From an uncultured Gammaproteobacteria bacterium (lineage in GTDB: Bacteria > Patescibacteriota > Patescibacteriia > UBA9570): a stretch of 64,000 nt of DNA. The notes under the pieces are model-generated. The model had not been told where the DNA came from, ran no database searches, and worked only from the letters and a program-made list of their open reading frames with translations. Positions 17,608-28,249 of this stretch are shown piece by piece. The position numbers were made by a program, and so were the translations under genes. The stretch spans positions 559 to 64,558 of the forward strand of contig CAYLOJ010000002.1 of NCBI GenBank assembly GCA_964385285.1, given 5' to 3'. Position 1 is the stretch's first letter. Every line of letters starts with the position of its first letter.

Positions 17608-18681
17608 ATGCCAAATGCCATTGCCAGAATACTACGTCTGACTGCCTTGACGATCCAAATCATTTCGCCTTTGGTCGGCGTCTTAGTATTCGGTTGGGAT
17701 ATCACCGAAGTAGTATTTATCTTTGGGGTGGAGGCTGCCGTCATGGCTGGTTTTCACGCCTACAAATATAGTCGTACCTATCGGCAATTGCCCGCGGGGG
17801 ACCACAAACGATTTTATGGTGGTACGGCCACCGTACGCGTAGGGATGGAAATAGTGCTGGTCATTGGAGCCTTTACGGTTTTCATTGATTCCGTACTAGG
17901 TTATCGATCCACTGTCTTTGATGATCCACAGGTTTTAGTTCAATATCTCTTCATCACGCTAGTTCCAGTCTTGGCGATTGTTGCCCATTATATTCAAGCG
18001 ATTACGCGCTTCTATCAACAACCCATTACGCGCGTGAGTATTACTCCGATCTGGATCTGGATTTTTCAATTGCCATTACCGGGTTTAGTCTATAGCTATC
18101 TACTGTCGAGTCACTACACCAGTTGGCTATTAGGTTTATTGAGCGTGTTAACTCTCTCTCGTGTCATCGTAGAGTGGTATCAAGCAACACATTCATCACA
18201 GGTTTCCAACACTAATCCCACAGATCCGCTACTACTACAATCTTCTCCCTATTCAACGGCTGGGGTTCTGAGCATGTTATTTAGTTACCTGCTGGTCTTG
18301 ATGGGATTTTTAGCAGTCAATCCATTTACACAAGATCCTAAGTTTACACCCACACAAAATGCTTTGATCTATTTGGGTTGCATCATCGTATTGATTCCTG
18401 TGTTGCATCGTCGTCAGATCTCGGCGCAGATTCATCCCACTACACAAACGATTACCGTTGAGCGTGGCCGCTATTGGAAGCGACAGCGCACGATTGTGTT
18501 CGCGGATATCACCGAGATTGAGATTCAACGTAATCAGCAGCATATGGCGTATCAATGTACGTTTCATCTGCGCGGACAACGACCATGGAAATGTAGTAAT
18601 TCGCCATTCGCCATTACCGATTGGCATGCATGGTTACGGCGACTCAATGTCATTGCCAACTTGAATATGCCTAAATTGTAA
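17608..18681 (+). CDS. Polytopic membrane protein (DUF6498-like N-terminus, PH-like C-terminus)
   Basis: PLVGVLVFGWD motif, ~8 TM segments, soluble basic C-terminus; TGcTATACT 6 nt before the ATG. Confidence 0.55.
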   Translation: MPNAIARILRLTALTIQIISPLVGVLVFGWDITEVVFIFGVEAAVMAGFHAYKYSRTYRQLPAGDHKRFYGGTATVRVGMEIVLVIGAFTVFIDSVLGYRSTVFDDPQVLVQYLFITLVPVLAIVAHYIQAITRFYQQPITRVSITPIWIWIFQLPLPGLVYSYLLSSHYTSWLLGLLSVLTLSRVIVEWYQATHSSQVSNTNPTDPLLLQSSPYSTAGVLSMLFSYLLVLMGFLAVNPFTQDPKFTPTQNALIYLGCIIVLIPVLHRRQISAQIHPTTQTITVERGRYWKRQRTIVFADITEIEIQRNQQHMAYQCTFHLRGQRPWKCSNSPFAITDWHAWLRRLNVIANLNMPKL

Positions 18682-18691
18682 TGGTAGTCGC

Positions 18692-19744
18692 ATGATGAAC
18701 AGATATTTTACAGCAACAGTGATTGTCTTACTCTCTGTTGTAGCACCTACTATGACTTCAGCTAGTACTGTGGCGGAGCGCACGCAAGGCAAAATTTTAT
18801 TACAAGTGGAACAGCACGGGGAAGCCTGGTATGTGAATCCAGCGAATGAGTTACGTTATTATTTAGGTGCGCCCAGTGATGCCTATCAAGTGATGAAATC
18901 GTTGGGGGTTGGAATTACAAATGCAAATTTGCAATTGATTCCAAAACAAGGCCAACCCTGGGATGGTAATAGCGCGGTCATGAATAGTGTGCGTGGGAAA
19001 ATTGTGCTGCAGGTCGAAAAACACGGCGAGGCTTGGTACGTGAATCCTACTGATGGTAAGCGCTACTTTTTGGGACGGCCAAAAGCTGCCTGGAAATTAA
19101 TGACTAAATTTGGCTTAGGCATTAGTGACGCTGATCTGGATCAAATTGAAATAGCAGGGGAGTACGACAGCGATCATATTCCAAGCTCATATTTATTAGA
19201 TGTGCCATTTACTAGCCAAGCACCCAGTGGAGATTGGTCTTCACCCTACAGCGAAGCTTGTGAAGAAGCGATTTTGGTCATGCTTAGCCATTGGAAAGCA
19301 GGAACAAGTTTTTCGGTCACGCAAGTCGAAGATGAAATCCAAAGTATTGTGCAATGGGAGCTAGCGAACTATGGTCATCACGAAGATACTGCTATGGCTG
19401 AAACAGCTAACACGGCGAGCCAATATGAGGGTTTAAAGGTGAAGGTTTCGCGGACGGTCACTATTAATCGTTTGAAGCAACTGGTCAGCGAAGGTAAACC
19501 AGTGATTGTGCCGGTCTATGGCAAGGCCTTGGGCAACCCTCATTTTCTAAATGGAGGACCAGATTATCATGTTGTACTACTGGTGGGATACGAAGGTACA
19601 GATTTTATAGTGCATGATCCAGGTACGCGTTACGGTGAAAATTACCATTATAATGTAGATATATTTTACAATGCCATTCACGATCTAACGGATCCAGAAT
19701 CAAATATTGCGAACGGTGAGAAAGCTATTGTTGTTGTCCAATAA
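18692..19744 (+). CDS. Secreted protein with two GEAWYVNP repeats and a C39-like peptidase domain
   Basis: GKILLQVE.HGEAWYVNP twice; PFTSQAP..CEEA, YHVVLLVGY, HDPG. Confidence 0.8.
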   Translation: MMNRYFTATVIVLLSVVAPTMTSASTVAERTQGKILLQVEQHGEAWYVNPANELRYYLGAPSDAYQVMKSLGVGITNANLQLIPKQGQPWDGNSAVMNSVRGKIVLQVEKHGEAWYVNPTDGKRYFLGRPKAAWKLMTKFGLGISDADLDQIEIAGEYDSDHIPSSYLLDVPFTSQAPSGDWSSPYSEACEEAILVMLSHWKAGTSFSVTQVEDEIQSIVQWELANYGHHEDTAMAETANTASQYEGLKVKVSRTVTINRLKQLVSEGKPVIVPVYGKALGNPHFLNGGPDYHVVLLVGYEGTDFIVHDPGTRYGENYHYNVDIFYNAIHDLTDPESNIANGEKAIVVVQ

Positions 19745-19764
19745 TCCGCTATAATTAATGGATT

Positions 19765-20556
19765 ATGACTGTTAAAATTTTACTGTGTCTGGTGATTCTT
19801 GGTGGAGTAGTATTTAGTATGCAGGCGTCCGCTGCGGTGTTTCACGACAGCATCATAACGAACGGAAAATTTGATGATGGTGTATTAGCTTGGACACTTG
19901 AAAATGTGGATAGCTCAGATCTCGAAGATCAATACGCCTTGGATGGTCAGTACCTGACACTTGGCCAATTGAATCAGACAGAAGCGATTAGTCAGACCCT
20001 CACGATTCCAGCAGAGACCGGTCAAGCTGCACTCAGTTTTTATTATCGGTTCTATACCGATGACGCAACCAGTAGCGATGATCTAACGGTAGAGTTTGTG
20101 CGCGCTGGTACGAGCACGGTGTTATTTACGAAAACAATTCCCGCCAGTAATGGCGATGTCGTGACTTGGACAAAACGCACAATGGATGTGAGTGCGTTAG
20201 CCGGAGAGACAGTGATTATGCGCATAGCGGTGACCAATAATGCTAGTCAATTTACCTTTGTTGATCTGGATACTATCCGGCTGACCGTCGATTCGTACGG
20301 AGAATTAAAGGCTACAGTAGTAGATGCTAGTGGAGATCCAGTACGGAATGCCGAGATTACTCTACGGAATGCGAAGGACAAAAAAATTTGGACCGGTACG
20401 ACAAATGCGAAGGGTAAATTTACAGCTACGACTTTGCCCGGCAATAATAAAAAATACCGCTTGGTGATTAAAAAGAATGACAGTGTTACCACGAAACACA
20501 CTAAAATTCAGTGGGCAGAACGTACCACTAAAACATTTAGGATTGAGTCACTATAA
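19765..20556 (+). CDS. Secreted beta-sandwich protein with a carboxypeptidase-regulatory-like domain
   Basis: Signal peptide; NGKFDDG..W jelly-roll start; VVDASGDPVRNAEITL..TTNAKGKF. Confidence 0.6.
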   Translation: MTVKILLCLVILGGVVFSMQASAAVFHDSIITNGKFDDGVLAWTLENVDSSDLEDQYALDGQYLTLGQLNQTEAISQTLTIPAETGQAALSFYYRFYTDDATSSDDLTVEFVRAGTSTVLFTKTIPASNGDVVTWTKRTMDVSALAGETVIMRIAVTNNASQFTFVDLDTIRLTVDSYGELKATVVDASGDPVRNAEITLRNAKDKKIWTGTTNAKGKFTATTLPGNNKKYRLVIKKNDSVTTKHTKIQWAERTTKTFRIESL

Positions 20557-20564
20557 AGAATCAT

Positions 20565-22289
20565 ATGCCAAAATTCATCGTGCGTTTATTGCTTACCATC
20601 ACGCTGTTATGTGCAGGATATGCCCTACCAGTCTTGGCGATTGAGGATGATGGCTATTGGGATAATATCGATGATTATGCAGTGCAGTTACAGGTGCGCC
20701 CGAATGGAACACTGCATGTGCATGAAGTGATTACCTATACATTTGGCGATGGCTTGGAACCAGCACATGGCATCGAGCGCTATGTGCCATACAACTATGC
20801 TAACGGTTGGTTCACCGATCAATTAGATATTCGTTTGAATAGCGTTACAGATCAACAAGGTGAAGAGTGGCCAGTAGAAACGTATCAATCAAACGGAAAT
20901 TCGGTTTGGCGCATTGGCAGTGACGCGACCACAGTACGTGGGACACAAGTGTATGCGTTGGACTATGACGTCGACTGGGTGATGACGGATTATCAGGATT
21001 ACGTCGAGTTATATTGGAACGCAATTGGTACAGAATGGAACGTACCGATCAGCAAAGCCAAAATTAGCGTGACTGTCCCACCGGATAGTCAGCTAGAACA
21101 GTATCCAGCCAGTTGTTTTTATGGGGCTAGTGGAGACGATAATACTTGCTCATATTCTGTTGCTGGAAATACTTATACGGCTGAACTGAAGAATTTAGGC
21201 GACTATCAAGGTATGACTGTCCTTTTTGCATTCAAGCCAGGCACAGTAACATTGCACTCCACTAGCGAGCGTATTGTACATTGGGCGTTAGCCAATTGGA
21301 CGCTATTTTTGATTCCAGGCTGGCTGCTCTTGGCGTTATTGCTCTTGGTATTGAGCCGCCGTCGTAAACCCAGTAAAGCATTGATTCCAATTTACGAAAT
21401 TCCGACTGGCATTGAAAACCCAAGTCAGGCCGAATATTTATTGACTGGTAAAATTACGCCGCGTGCATTGGCAGGCGAATTGATTGAATCAGCCCGATTG
21501 GGGGAGATGGAGCTAATCTACGATGAGAAAAAAGGCGAGGTAAAGACGTTACGTGCCACGGGCAAGGTTGTGCGCACAGATCCGACCACAACACTCTTAC
21601 GCAATCAGATCTTTGGTGTGAAGTATGCGGCCGGTAGAGAAGTAGAATTAAAAAAGACCACGTTAATCAGCACTGGATTTATGGTGTCGACCAAAAAACA
21701 GGCTGCAGACCATCTGCAAGCCATGAGCTGGATCGATTCCATGAAGAAAACTATTAAAACGATGGTCGGGCTCTATGGGTTAGGAGGCTTTGTGCTCGGT
21801 GGCTTTGTTGTCTCAAGTTATTCATCCGCCGGCGTGAACCATTACATCATTACCGGAGTGAGTATGATGATCCTCAGTGTGATCACCTTCTTTGTTCAAA
21901 ATAATCGTTTGCCATTGAATGTAGCTGGGGCCGACGCTCGACAACTCGTTGAGGGGTTTAAGTGGTTCTTAGGCGTCACGGAAACTGAGCGATTAAAGTT
22001 TTCACAGGTCCCAAAACTGACACCGAAAATGTTTGAAGAGTATTTACCCTATGCTATCGTCTTCGGGGTAGAGAGGCAGTGGGTGAAACAGTTTGAAGGT
22101 ATTTTGCAAGATCCGCCCACTTGGATGCACGGTGTCAATCAGGCTTTACTGTACAACGCTTTGTTGTCGACCAGTCGTACGCCTAGTCAGTTTAAAGTGC
22201 CTGCCTCTGCACGCTCGGGTGGTTCTGGCTTTAGTGGTGGCGGTTTTTCTGGCGGCGGCTTCGGTGGTGGCGGCGGTGGACGCTGGTAA
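20565..22289 (+). CDS. DUF2207 (YciQ-like) membrane protein
   Basis: ELYWNAIG.EW, FEEYLPYAIVFGV and a Gly-rich GGGFGGGGGGRW C-terminus. Confidence 0.88.
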   Translation: MPKFIVRLLLTITLLCAGYALPVLAIEDDGYWDNIDDYAVQLQVRPNGTLHVHEVITYTFGDGLEPAHGIERYVPYNYANGWFTDQLDIRLNSVTDQQGEEWPVETYQSNGNSVWRIGSDATTVRGTQVYALDYDVDWVMTDYQDYVELYWNAIGTEWNVPISKAKISVTVPPDSQLEQYPASCFYGASGDDNTCSYSVAGNTYTAELKNLGDYQGMTVLFAFKPGTVTLHSTSERIVHWALANWTLFLIPGWLLLALLLLVLSRRRKPSKALIPIYEIPTGIENPSQAEYLLTGKITPRALAGELIESARLGEMELIYDEKKGEVKTLRATGKVVRTDPTTTLLRNQIFGVKYAAGREVELKKTTLISTGFMVSTKKQAADHLQAMSWIDSMKKTIKTMVGLYGLGGFVLGGFVVSSYSSAGVNHYIITGVSMMILSVITFFVQNNRLPLNVAGADARQLVEGFKWFLGVTETERLKFSQVPKLTPKMFEEYLPYAIVFGVERQWVKQFEGILQDPPTWMHGVNQALLYNALLSTSRTPSQFKVPASARSGGSGFSGGGFSGGGFGGGGGGRW

Positions 22290-22292
22290 TGT

Positions 22293-23123
22293 ATGCGTTT
22301 TGCACCAGATTTACCACAACGACGGCAACTTGCCGAGGAACGCAAGAACCTGATCCAAAGAGAAGGAGAAGGTTATGGTTTTATGATGGGAGAATATCGA
22401 CAGCCATTATATGTCGATGAACCAGCACAAACTAATCAGCAGCGCGTCGAAAAATTGTATGGCGTGGAAGAGGACTTAGCTCACCTGTTAGCACAATATC
22501 CAGGAGTTCTGGCTGAGCACAACATTGATCGGCCAGCCATTTTGGTTGATTTTGGTGGCATGGTTGGTTTAAGCGCGTTGCGCATCGCTGCTCAACCACT
22601 GATTAGACAAAAGATAGAGCAGGGTAAGATTGCTATTGTAGTCACTAATTTAGACTTTCACCTGTCAGATCAAAGTAGTCCATCCGTCAAAGAATTATTA
22701 CCCTTCTTAGGCATGGAAGAACAGATGTTTATTGAAGTATTTCGTCGCATGGTGCATTATCTCAAAGGAGATGCCTCCACTATTTTGCGCAGCAGCATAA
22801 CCTTGCCGGATGAGCGCACGATTCAGCTCAAAGGGAATGTAGATGTAGTACACGAGCGGCTGGCGTTAGCACATGGTTTCAAAAATGATTTAGATATTCC
22901 ACGTTTAGGGAAGTTATTAAGTCCAGTCGGGCAGTTGTGGTTAGGTACTAAGTCGAATGGTTTAATGCAGGCAGCCGATGTAGGTTTACGCGTGAATAAA
23001 ACTGTACAAAGCTCGCGCGAGCAGGCACATCAGTTGGGCACAACTAACTTAGAGGAGCTTGGTTTACATGCAGTGCAGCCTACGCGACCGATGACTTATC
23101 AAATCTTTAAGCATGATCGCTAG
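22293..23123 (+). CDS. Hypothetical protein, possibly class I SAM-methyltransferase fold
   Basis: ILVDFGGMVG (motif I-like) and VDVVHERLALAH. Confidence 0.45.
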   Translation: MRFAPDLPQRRQLAEERKNLIQREGEGYGFMMGEYRQPLYVDEPAQTNQQRVEKLYGVEEDLAHLLAQYPGVLAEHNIDRPAILVDFGGMVGLSALRIAAQPLIRQKIEQGKIAIVVTNLDFHLSDQSSPSVKELLPFLGMEEQMFIEVFRRMVHYLKGDASTILRSSITLPDERTIQLKGNVDVVHERLALAHGFKNDLDIPRLGKLLSPVGQLWLGTKSNGLMQAADVGLRVNKTVQSSREQAHQLGTTNLEELGLHAVQPTRPMTYQIFKHDR

Positions 23124-23167
23124 CTATTGCTGATCAACCTGATTTATACTACACTAGCAGCGCTTTA

Positions 23168-23239
23168 GCCCTCGTCGTTCAATGGATAGGACACAAGTTT
23201 CCGGAACTTGCGATAGAAGTTCGATTCTTCTCGAGGGCA
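23168..23239 (+). tRNA. tRNA-Arg (CCG)
   Basis: GCCCTCG/CGAGGGC acceptor; CAAGT-TTCCGGA-ACTTG anticodon arm; AGTTCGATTCT T-arm. Confidence 0.95.
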
Positions 23240-23270
23240 CAAACCAAAGATTTAACAATCATCGAATGCT

Positions 23271-23579
23271 ATGGCTGGAATTGAATTATCTGAAGAAGCA
23301 TATCGAGTCCTGCGTGAAAGTGGGGCAGAAGATTTATTGATAGCAAACCTTGAGGTCTTATTGGATATTTTATTTCAGCGCCAACCCGGTACGGTAGGTG
23401 CTATTTACGATGCCGCGGTTGAAGCCATTAAGGAATTACAGGAGCAGCGTCCAGATTTATTGGAAAATATTCAAGCGTATGCCGACGCTCAACAACCATT
23501 TTTATTTGGTCAGTTATTAATGCTAATGTCTTGTTATTTACGGGATGAAGCATTGAAGCGTGTAGAAATTATCGAATAA
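23271..23579 (+). CDS. Hypothetical acidic helical protein
   Basis: 102-aa ORF directly after tRNA-Arg; no recognisable motif. Confidence 0.6.
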   Translation: MAGIELSEEAYRVLRESGAEDLLIANLEVLLDILFQRQPGTVGAIYDAAVEAIKELQEQRPDLLENIQAYADAQQPFLFGQLLMLMSCYLRDEALKRVEIIE

Positions 23580-23712
23580 GGTGAACTCACCGTGAAGTTT
23601 TTTTGTGTTATCCCATTGTGTGGGTAACCTGTGTATATCTACTACCCTTGATAGTATGAATCACCATAGTATACTAAAATTATAATTCAATCATTAACTT
23701 ATTAGTGATCGT

Positions 23713-24924
23713 ATGTCATTTAAATCTAATGCCTTATCCATCATATTGGGATCCCTTGCTGGTGGTTTTATGACCTTGATCATTGGCGGGGTTCTGGTGT
23801 CTGTCATTTACTTAAAACCCGAATGGGTTCGTGATGGACTCAATTTATCCACCTCAACCATGAGTGATTCGGTCTCCCAAGTAATTCCAACTACCACTGA
23901 TCAAGAAGTACAAATTGTCGATGTGGTCCAGCGGGTAACTCCGGCAGTCATTTCGATTGTGGCTACGCAAGATGTCCCCGTGTATGAACAGTACTATGAG
24001 CAACAGCAGTTCGATCCGTTTGGTTTGAATTTACCGCAATATCGACAAAATGGAACAGAGAAACAAGAGGTGAGTAGTGGGTCAGGATTTTTAGTCTCTG
24101 CAGATGGCTATATTGTAACGAACAAACATGTGGTCTCTGAAGAAGAAGCCGAGTATACCGTTTATGCGAACGATGGCACGACGTATCCGGCCACCATCAT
24201 TGCGCGCGATCCAGCGAACGATATTGCCATCCTCAAAATTGAAGGGACTGATTTTCCCTATTTAGAATTTGCAGATTCGGATACGTTACAAGTTGGCCAA
24301 ACCACCATTGCCATTGGCAATGCACTTGGAGAGTTTAGCAATTCAGTGTCGGTGGGAATTGTTTCCGGTTTGGCGCGCTCGATCGAGGCTGGAAACGGGC
24401 TAGGAAGTTCAGAACAACTACAAGGATTGATTCAGACAGATGCCGCGATTAACTTAGGCAATTCCGGCGGTCCCTTGCTGAATACCTCGGGCCAAGTGAT
24501 TGGGGTAAATGTCGCCATGGCTGCTGCAGAAAATATTGGTTTCGCGTTACCTGGAAATTTAGTGAAGAATACATTCGAAAGTGTTCAGACGACTGGTAAA
24601 ATTAGTCGTCCGTATCTTGGAGTACGCTATGTTGCGATTACGCCGACGTTTAAACAAGAGGCGAACTTGCCGGTAGAATACGGTGCCCTGGTGCGCCGTG
24701 GTGATGCCCCAACTGATTTAGCCGTGATTCCTAGCTCACCAGCGGACAAAGCCGGCCTAGAGGAGAATGATATCCTTTTGGAAATGAATGGCCAGAAATT
24801 GAATGATACCCACGACCTTGGCACGTTAATTGGCCAACATCAGGTAGGGGATGTAGTGGAGTTAAAAGTGTTGCATGATGGAGAAGAAAAAACTGTGGAA
24901 GTCACTTTGGAAGAACGGCAGTAA
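23713..24924 (+). CDS. htrA: HtrA/DegP-family serine protease with one PDZ domain
   Basis: TM anchor; TNKHV, DIAILK, TDAAINLGNSGGPL; PDZ SPADKAGL. Confidence 0.93.
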   Translation: MSFKSNALSIILGSLAGGFMTLIIGGVLVSVIYLKPEWVRDGLNLSTSTMSDSVSQVIPTTTDQEVQIVDVVQRVTPAVISIVATQDVPVYEQYYEQQQFDPFGLNLPQYRQNGTEKQEVSSGSGFLVSADGYIVTNKHVVSEEEAEYTVYANDGTTYPATIIARDPANDIAILKIEGTDFPYLEFADSDTLQVGQTTIAIGNALGEFSNSVSVGIVSGLARSIEAGNGLGSSEQLQGLIQTDAAINLGNSGGPLLNTSGQVIGVNVAMAAAENIGFALPGNLVKNTFESVQTTGKISRPYLGVRYVAITPTFKQEANLPVEYGALVRRGDAPTDLAVIPSSPADKAGLEENDILLEMNGQKLNDTHDLGTLIGQHQVGDVVELKVLHDGEEKTVEVTLEERQ

Positions 24925-24926
24925 TC

Positions 24927-24955
24927 TTGACAAAAACTATTTTTTAGGTTATATT
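24927..24955 (+). promoter_or_regulatory. Sigma70 promoter (near-leaderless) for the 24964 ORF
   Basis: TTGACA-17-TATATT, 8 nt before the ATG. Confidence 0.7.
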
Positions 24956-24963
24956 ATTAACCT

Positions 24964-26640
24964 ATGCCTCAGCGTTATGAACGCCCACCTCGTCGTGAAG
25001 CTCCGACAGAACAAAACAATCCAAACTTGGATCTAATTGTCGCGCATTGGTTTGAACATGCCCCGAAGGAAGAGGTAGATTTATCGACTAGTGACGGCGT
25101 ACTGCACTCGGCTCAGACAGCGAATCCGGCGGAGCGTGAGCGACAACGCAGCTGGTTCGAACGACAAGCACATAGTCGGTTCGCCAATCTTGTACCTGCT
25201 CTGGTAGCAATGATGGCTGCCTCTTGTGAAATGGATTTAGAGCAAGCTAGCAAAGGAGTGGATCTGAATACGATCGTACCGCTCGAGTTAACGGAAGAGC
25301 AAGGGGATGTAGTGATTACGTTAAATGCCGATACCGCAATTCGTATTTCCGATTACGCTGGTCGAGCCCATTGGGATGCCCCCTTACTTGGGGTTGATAA
25401 TCATGAAGTTGAGCACAATGTAACCTTTCAGATGCACGAACGCGTGATGCGAGATCAATATGAACGTTCGATTCGACAAGAGGATCATCTCTATCAGGCA
25501 GATCAGCATGGCCCACTTGGAACGACTGTTAAATACACCAGTGAGCCAAGTCGTATGTATCCGGGAGAGTATCCTAGCTATGGTGATGTGTACGGTAATA
25601 TGGCTTTAGGAGCCACGGAGGATGATGTGCTCTATGCAAAAAATTATCTTGAAACGAGTTGGTTACAAGCTGCGAATGCCCATTTTGGTGAACACTACAA
25701 AACAGTGCAGGATTTAGAGGCGTTAACAGCAGCGCAATGGATGGTGGTGTTGCAAGAACCGACTTCAGCACTAACGTACGATCCAACATTGACCTCCTTG
25801 TATCCACAGTATGATGCTGCAAAAACACAGCTACACATCCAAAAAACGATTGCCGAATTGTTAGAAGCATCGAATGGAGTGTGTCGCGATTTTGAGCGTC
25901 TGAATATTTCTAGCTATGTTTTAGCCGATGAGGAGTTTCATTTAGCAGAACGTGGTTTGTTGTACATCCCGCAAGTGAATATGAGTGATGCTGCGCATAC
26001 AGAAGGGATATTTATGTTTGCTAAATCTGCAACGGAAACCATAGTAGTCGGTGTAAATTCTACCGATGCCACTGGTGATCGATTAGATAGTTTTATCGCT
26101 GTGCCGGACACTGCAGCGTGGTATAGTCAACAGTATGGTAAAGAGTTCGTGGATAGCCCAGACCACGCCATTGAAGCCTATCAAGGCACCTTAGATATTC
26201 TGGGTGCTGATATGAACCCTACGGCGCGTGCCATGTTAAAACGTGAAGTTGTCTTGGCTAATTTGCGTGGTGCCGAATTGGCAGATAATCAAGTCGATAA
26301 AAAGAAGTATTTAGAGTCTGCATTTACTGGACTGCAAAATCAACTGATTGAAGAAGCTGCTTTGAACACCCCAACTTTGGATCGTCCATCACGGGTTGTG
26401 CCAATGTATGATTTATTGTTAGCCACAGCTGCCGCGTACGACGAGGTAGACCGCAGTTCGGCTGCCGGACTACATACCGTAGCTGCTCGATCATTATTTG
26501 AATCCTACTTACAGAAACACACTGGGGTTGAATTAGATGCCGCTCGCGAGGCAGTTGAGTTGATTGATCGCGCCGGTACTCAACAAGAGCGTAATCAATA
26601 TTATATTCAATTGATACAACTACTCGAACAGAAGCGCTAG
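24964..26640 (+). CDS. Hypothetical protein with a transglutaminase-like Cys/His motif
   Basis: GVCRDF followed ~38 aa later by AAHTEG; internal hydrophobic segment ending MMAASC. Confidence 0.5.
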   Translation: MPQRYERPPRREAPTEQNNPNLDLIVAHWFEHAPKEEVDLSTSDGVLHSAQTANPAERERQRSWFERQAHSRFANLVPALVAMMAASCEMDLEQASKGVDLNTIVPLELTEEQGDVVITLNADTAIRISDYAGRAHWDAPLLGVDNHEVEHNVTFQMHERVMRDQYERSIRQEDHLYQADQHGPLGTTVKYTSEPSRMYPGEYPSYGDVYGNMALGATEDDVLYAKNYLETSWLQAANAHFGEHYKTVQDLEALTAAQWMVVLQEPTSALTYDPTLTSLYPQYDAAKTQLHIQKTIAELLEASNGVCRDFERLNISSYVLADEEFHLAERGLLYIPQVNMSDAAHTEGIFMFAKSATETIVVGVNSTDATGDRLDSFIAVPDTAAWYSQQYGKEFVDSPDHAIEAYQGTLDILGADMNPTARAMLKREVVLANLRGAELADNQVDKKKYLESAFTGLQNQLIEEAALNTPTLDRPSRVVPMYDLLLATAAAYDEVDRSSAAGLHTVAARSLFESYLQKHTGVELDAAREAVELIDRAGTQQERNQYYIQLIQLLEQKR

Positions 26641-26762
26641 TCGTCGTAGAGGTAAGTTAGACCATTTGCTTGATCACGCCGCTTAGTGTGGTCATGACCT
26701 TCTACGTATGTAGGGATCGTGCTATACTACTGCGTAGCGGCATTATTAGTAAATATTTTACT

Positions 26763-27740
26763 ATGCAAAAATTATTCAAACACCAAGGAAAATTGGCAAT
26801 CAGTTTGGCCTTGATGGCGATGCTATCCGTAGCCTTGCAGCCAGCCTTAGCTCGTAGCAATAACCCTACTACAGATAACAGTACCTCCATTGATACGGAT
26901 GGAGATGGCTATTATGACTGTGTTGAAAAGGGCCAATATCGTGATGATAGCGACAATGATGGGGTCGACGACTCTGAAGATGACACTACTGACGATCTGC
27001 AAAGTTCGGCGGACCATGACACTGATGGTATTCCAGACTATATTGAGAAGAGTGAATATCGTAACAATCATGATAATACCGGCAAGCATGACGCCGAAGA
27101 TCTAGATGACGATGATGATGGCATGCGTGATCGTAATGAAGCTGCTGCAGACAAGAAGGATCATGATAATAGCGGTAAGTCCGACAAAAAGGATCTAGAT
27201 GACGATGAAGATGGTACTGAAGATTTGAGTGAGGATTCTTGCGGCCAAGTATTGGATCATGATAATGATGACACGAAAGATCGTGTAGATAGTGATGATG
27301 ATAATGATGGTGTAGAGGATGACGAAGATGAACATTTGAATGATCACGATAACGATGGATCAGACGATAAAGAAGATGGCGATGATGATGCAGATGGAAT
27401 TGAAGACAGTGAGGATACTCATCAGTACGATCATGATAACGATGGAACTGATGACAACCGTGATTCGTCAGATGATTCAGAAGATAATGTGGAAGCCGTC
27501 GAGGTGGAGATCGATAATTCTGAATTTAGCCCAACCGATTTGACAATCCAAGTAGGCGATATGGTTACCTTTACCAATAAGGATAATATGGTGCACACGG
27601 CTAGCGCAGTTGATGGAACCTTTACGACTGGCGATTTATCTGAAGATGAATCCTACACAGTGACCTTTGATGAGGCCGGTACCTATGACTACTACTGCGT
27701 CTATCATCCATCCATGACTGGGACGATCACGGTAGAGTAG
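26763..27740 (+). CDS. Secreted Asp-rich (DHDNDG) repeat protein with C-terminal type-1 cupredoxin
   Basis: Start MQKLF with signal peptide; TSP3-like DxDxDG repeats; H..YYCVYHPSM copper ligands. Confidence 0.82.
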   Translation: MQKLFKHQGKLAISLALMAMLSVALQPALARSNNPTTDNSTSIDTDGDGYYDCVEKGQYRDDSDNDGVDDSEDDTTDDLQSSADHDTDGIPDYIEKSEYRNNHDNTGKHDAEDLDDDDDGMRDRNEAAADKKDHDNSGKSDKKDLDDDEDGTEDLSEDSCGQVLDHDNDDTKDRVDSDDDNDGVEDDEDEHLNDHDNDGSDDKEDGDDDADGIEDSEDTHQYDHDNDGTDDNRDSSDDSEDNVEAVEVEIDNSEFSPTDLTIQVGDMVTFTNKDNMVHTASAVDGTFTTGDLSEDESYTVTFDEAGTYDYYCVYHPSMTGTITVE

Positions 27741-27832
27741 TAGTGACTTTTCCACACCCCTCGTCAAAAACCTTCAAGAAACCCAATAAATAGTGTATAG
27801 TAGAGCAAATTTATTAAACTAACAGAACTGTT

Positions 27833-28117
27833 ATGGCCAAACCAATGACCAAAAGCCAATTCATGGCTGCAATGGCTGACAAAGCCGGTTTAAGTAAGAA
27901 GCAAGTTGCCACCATGTGGGATATGCTCGTGGACCTCGTCTACAAGCAAACCAAAGATGCTGGTGAATGCACTCTTCCAGGCTTAGGCAAAATGCAAAAG
28001 AAACATCGCGCTGCTCGTATGGGCCGCAACCCAGCTACTGGTGCTCAAATTCAGATCCCAGCCAAAACTGTTCTGAAATTCCGCGTTGCCAAGCAAGCTA
28101 AAGACGCAATCTTGTAA
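27833..28117 (+). CDS. hup: HU family DNA-binding protein
   Basis: MTKSQ, LPGLGK and RAARMGRNPATG.QIQIPAK. Confidence 0.95.
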   Translation: MAKPMTKSQFMAAMADKAGLSKKQVATMWDMLVDLVYKQTKDAGECTLPGLGKMQKKHRAARMGRNPATGAQIQIPAKTVLKFRVAKQAKDAIL

Positions 28118-28142
28118 GATCAGCGTTTTATCACAGAAATTC

Positions 28143-28170
28143 GTAGAGACGTTGTTCGCAACGTCTCTAC
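28143..28170. repeat. REP-like palindrome / terminator
   Basis: GTAGAGACGTTG-TTCG-CAACGTCTCTAC followed by TTTT. Confidence 0.8.
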
Positions 28171-28249
28171 TTTTGTATTTAGACCGATTTCAGCTTGTCT
28201 ATTCAACCCAATGTTTGTATACTAGGAACGTTATTCTTAATGCCAATCT

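Noticed and set aside
26890-27490. GAT-rich tandem DNA repeat
   Set aside because: Explained by Asp-rich protein repeats with diverged codons.
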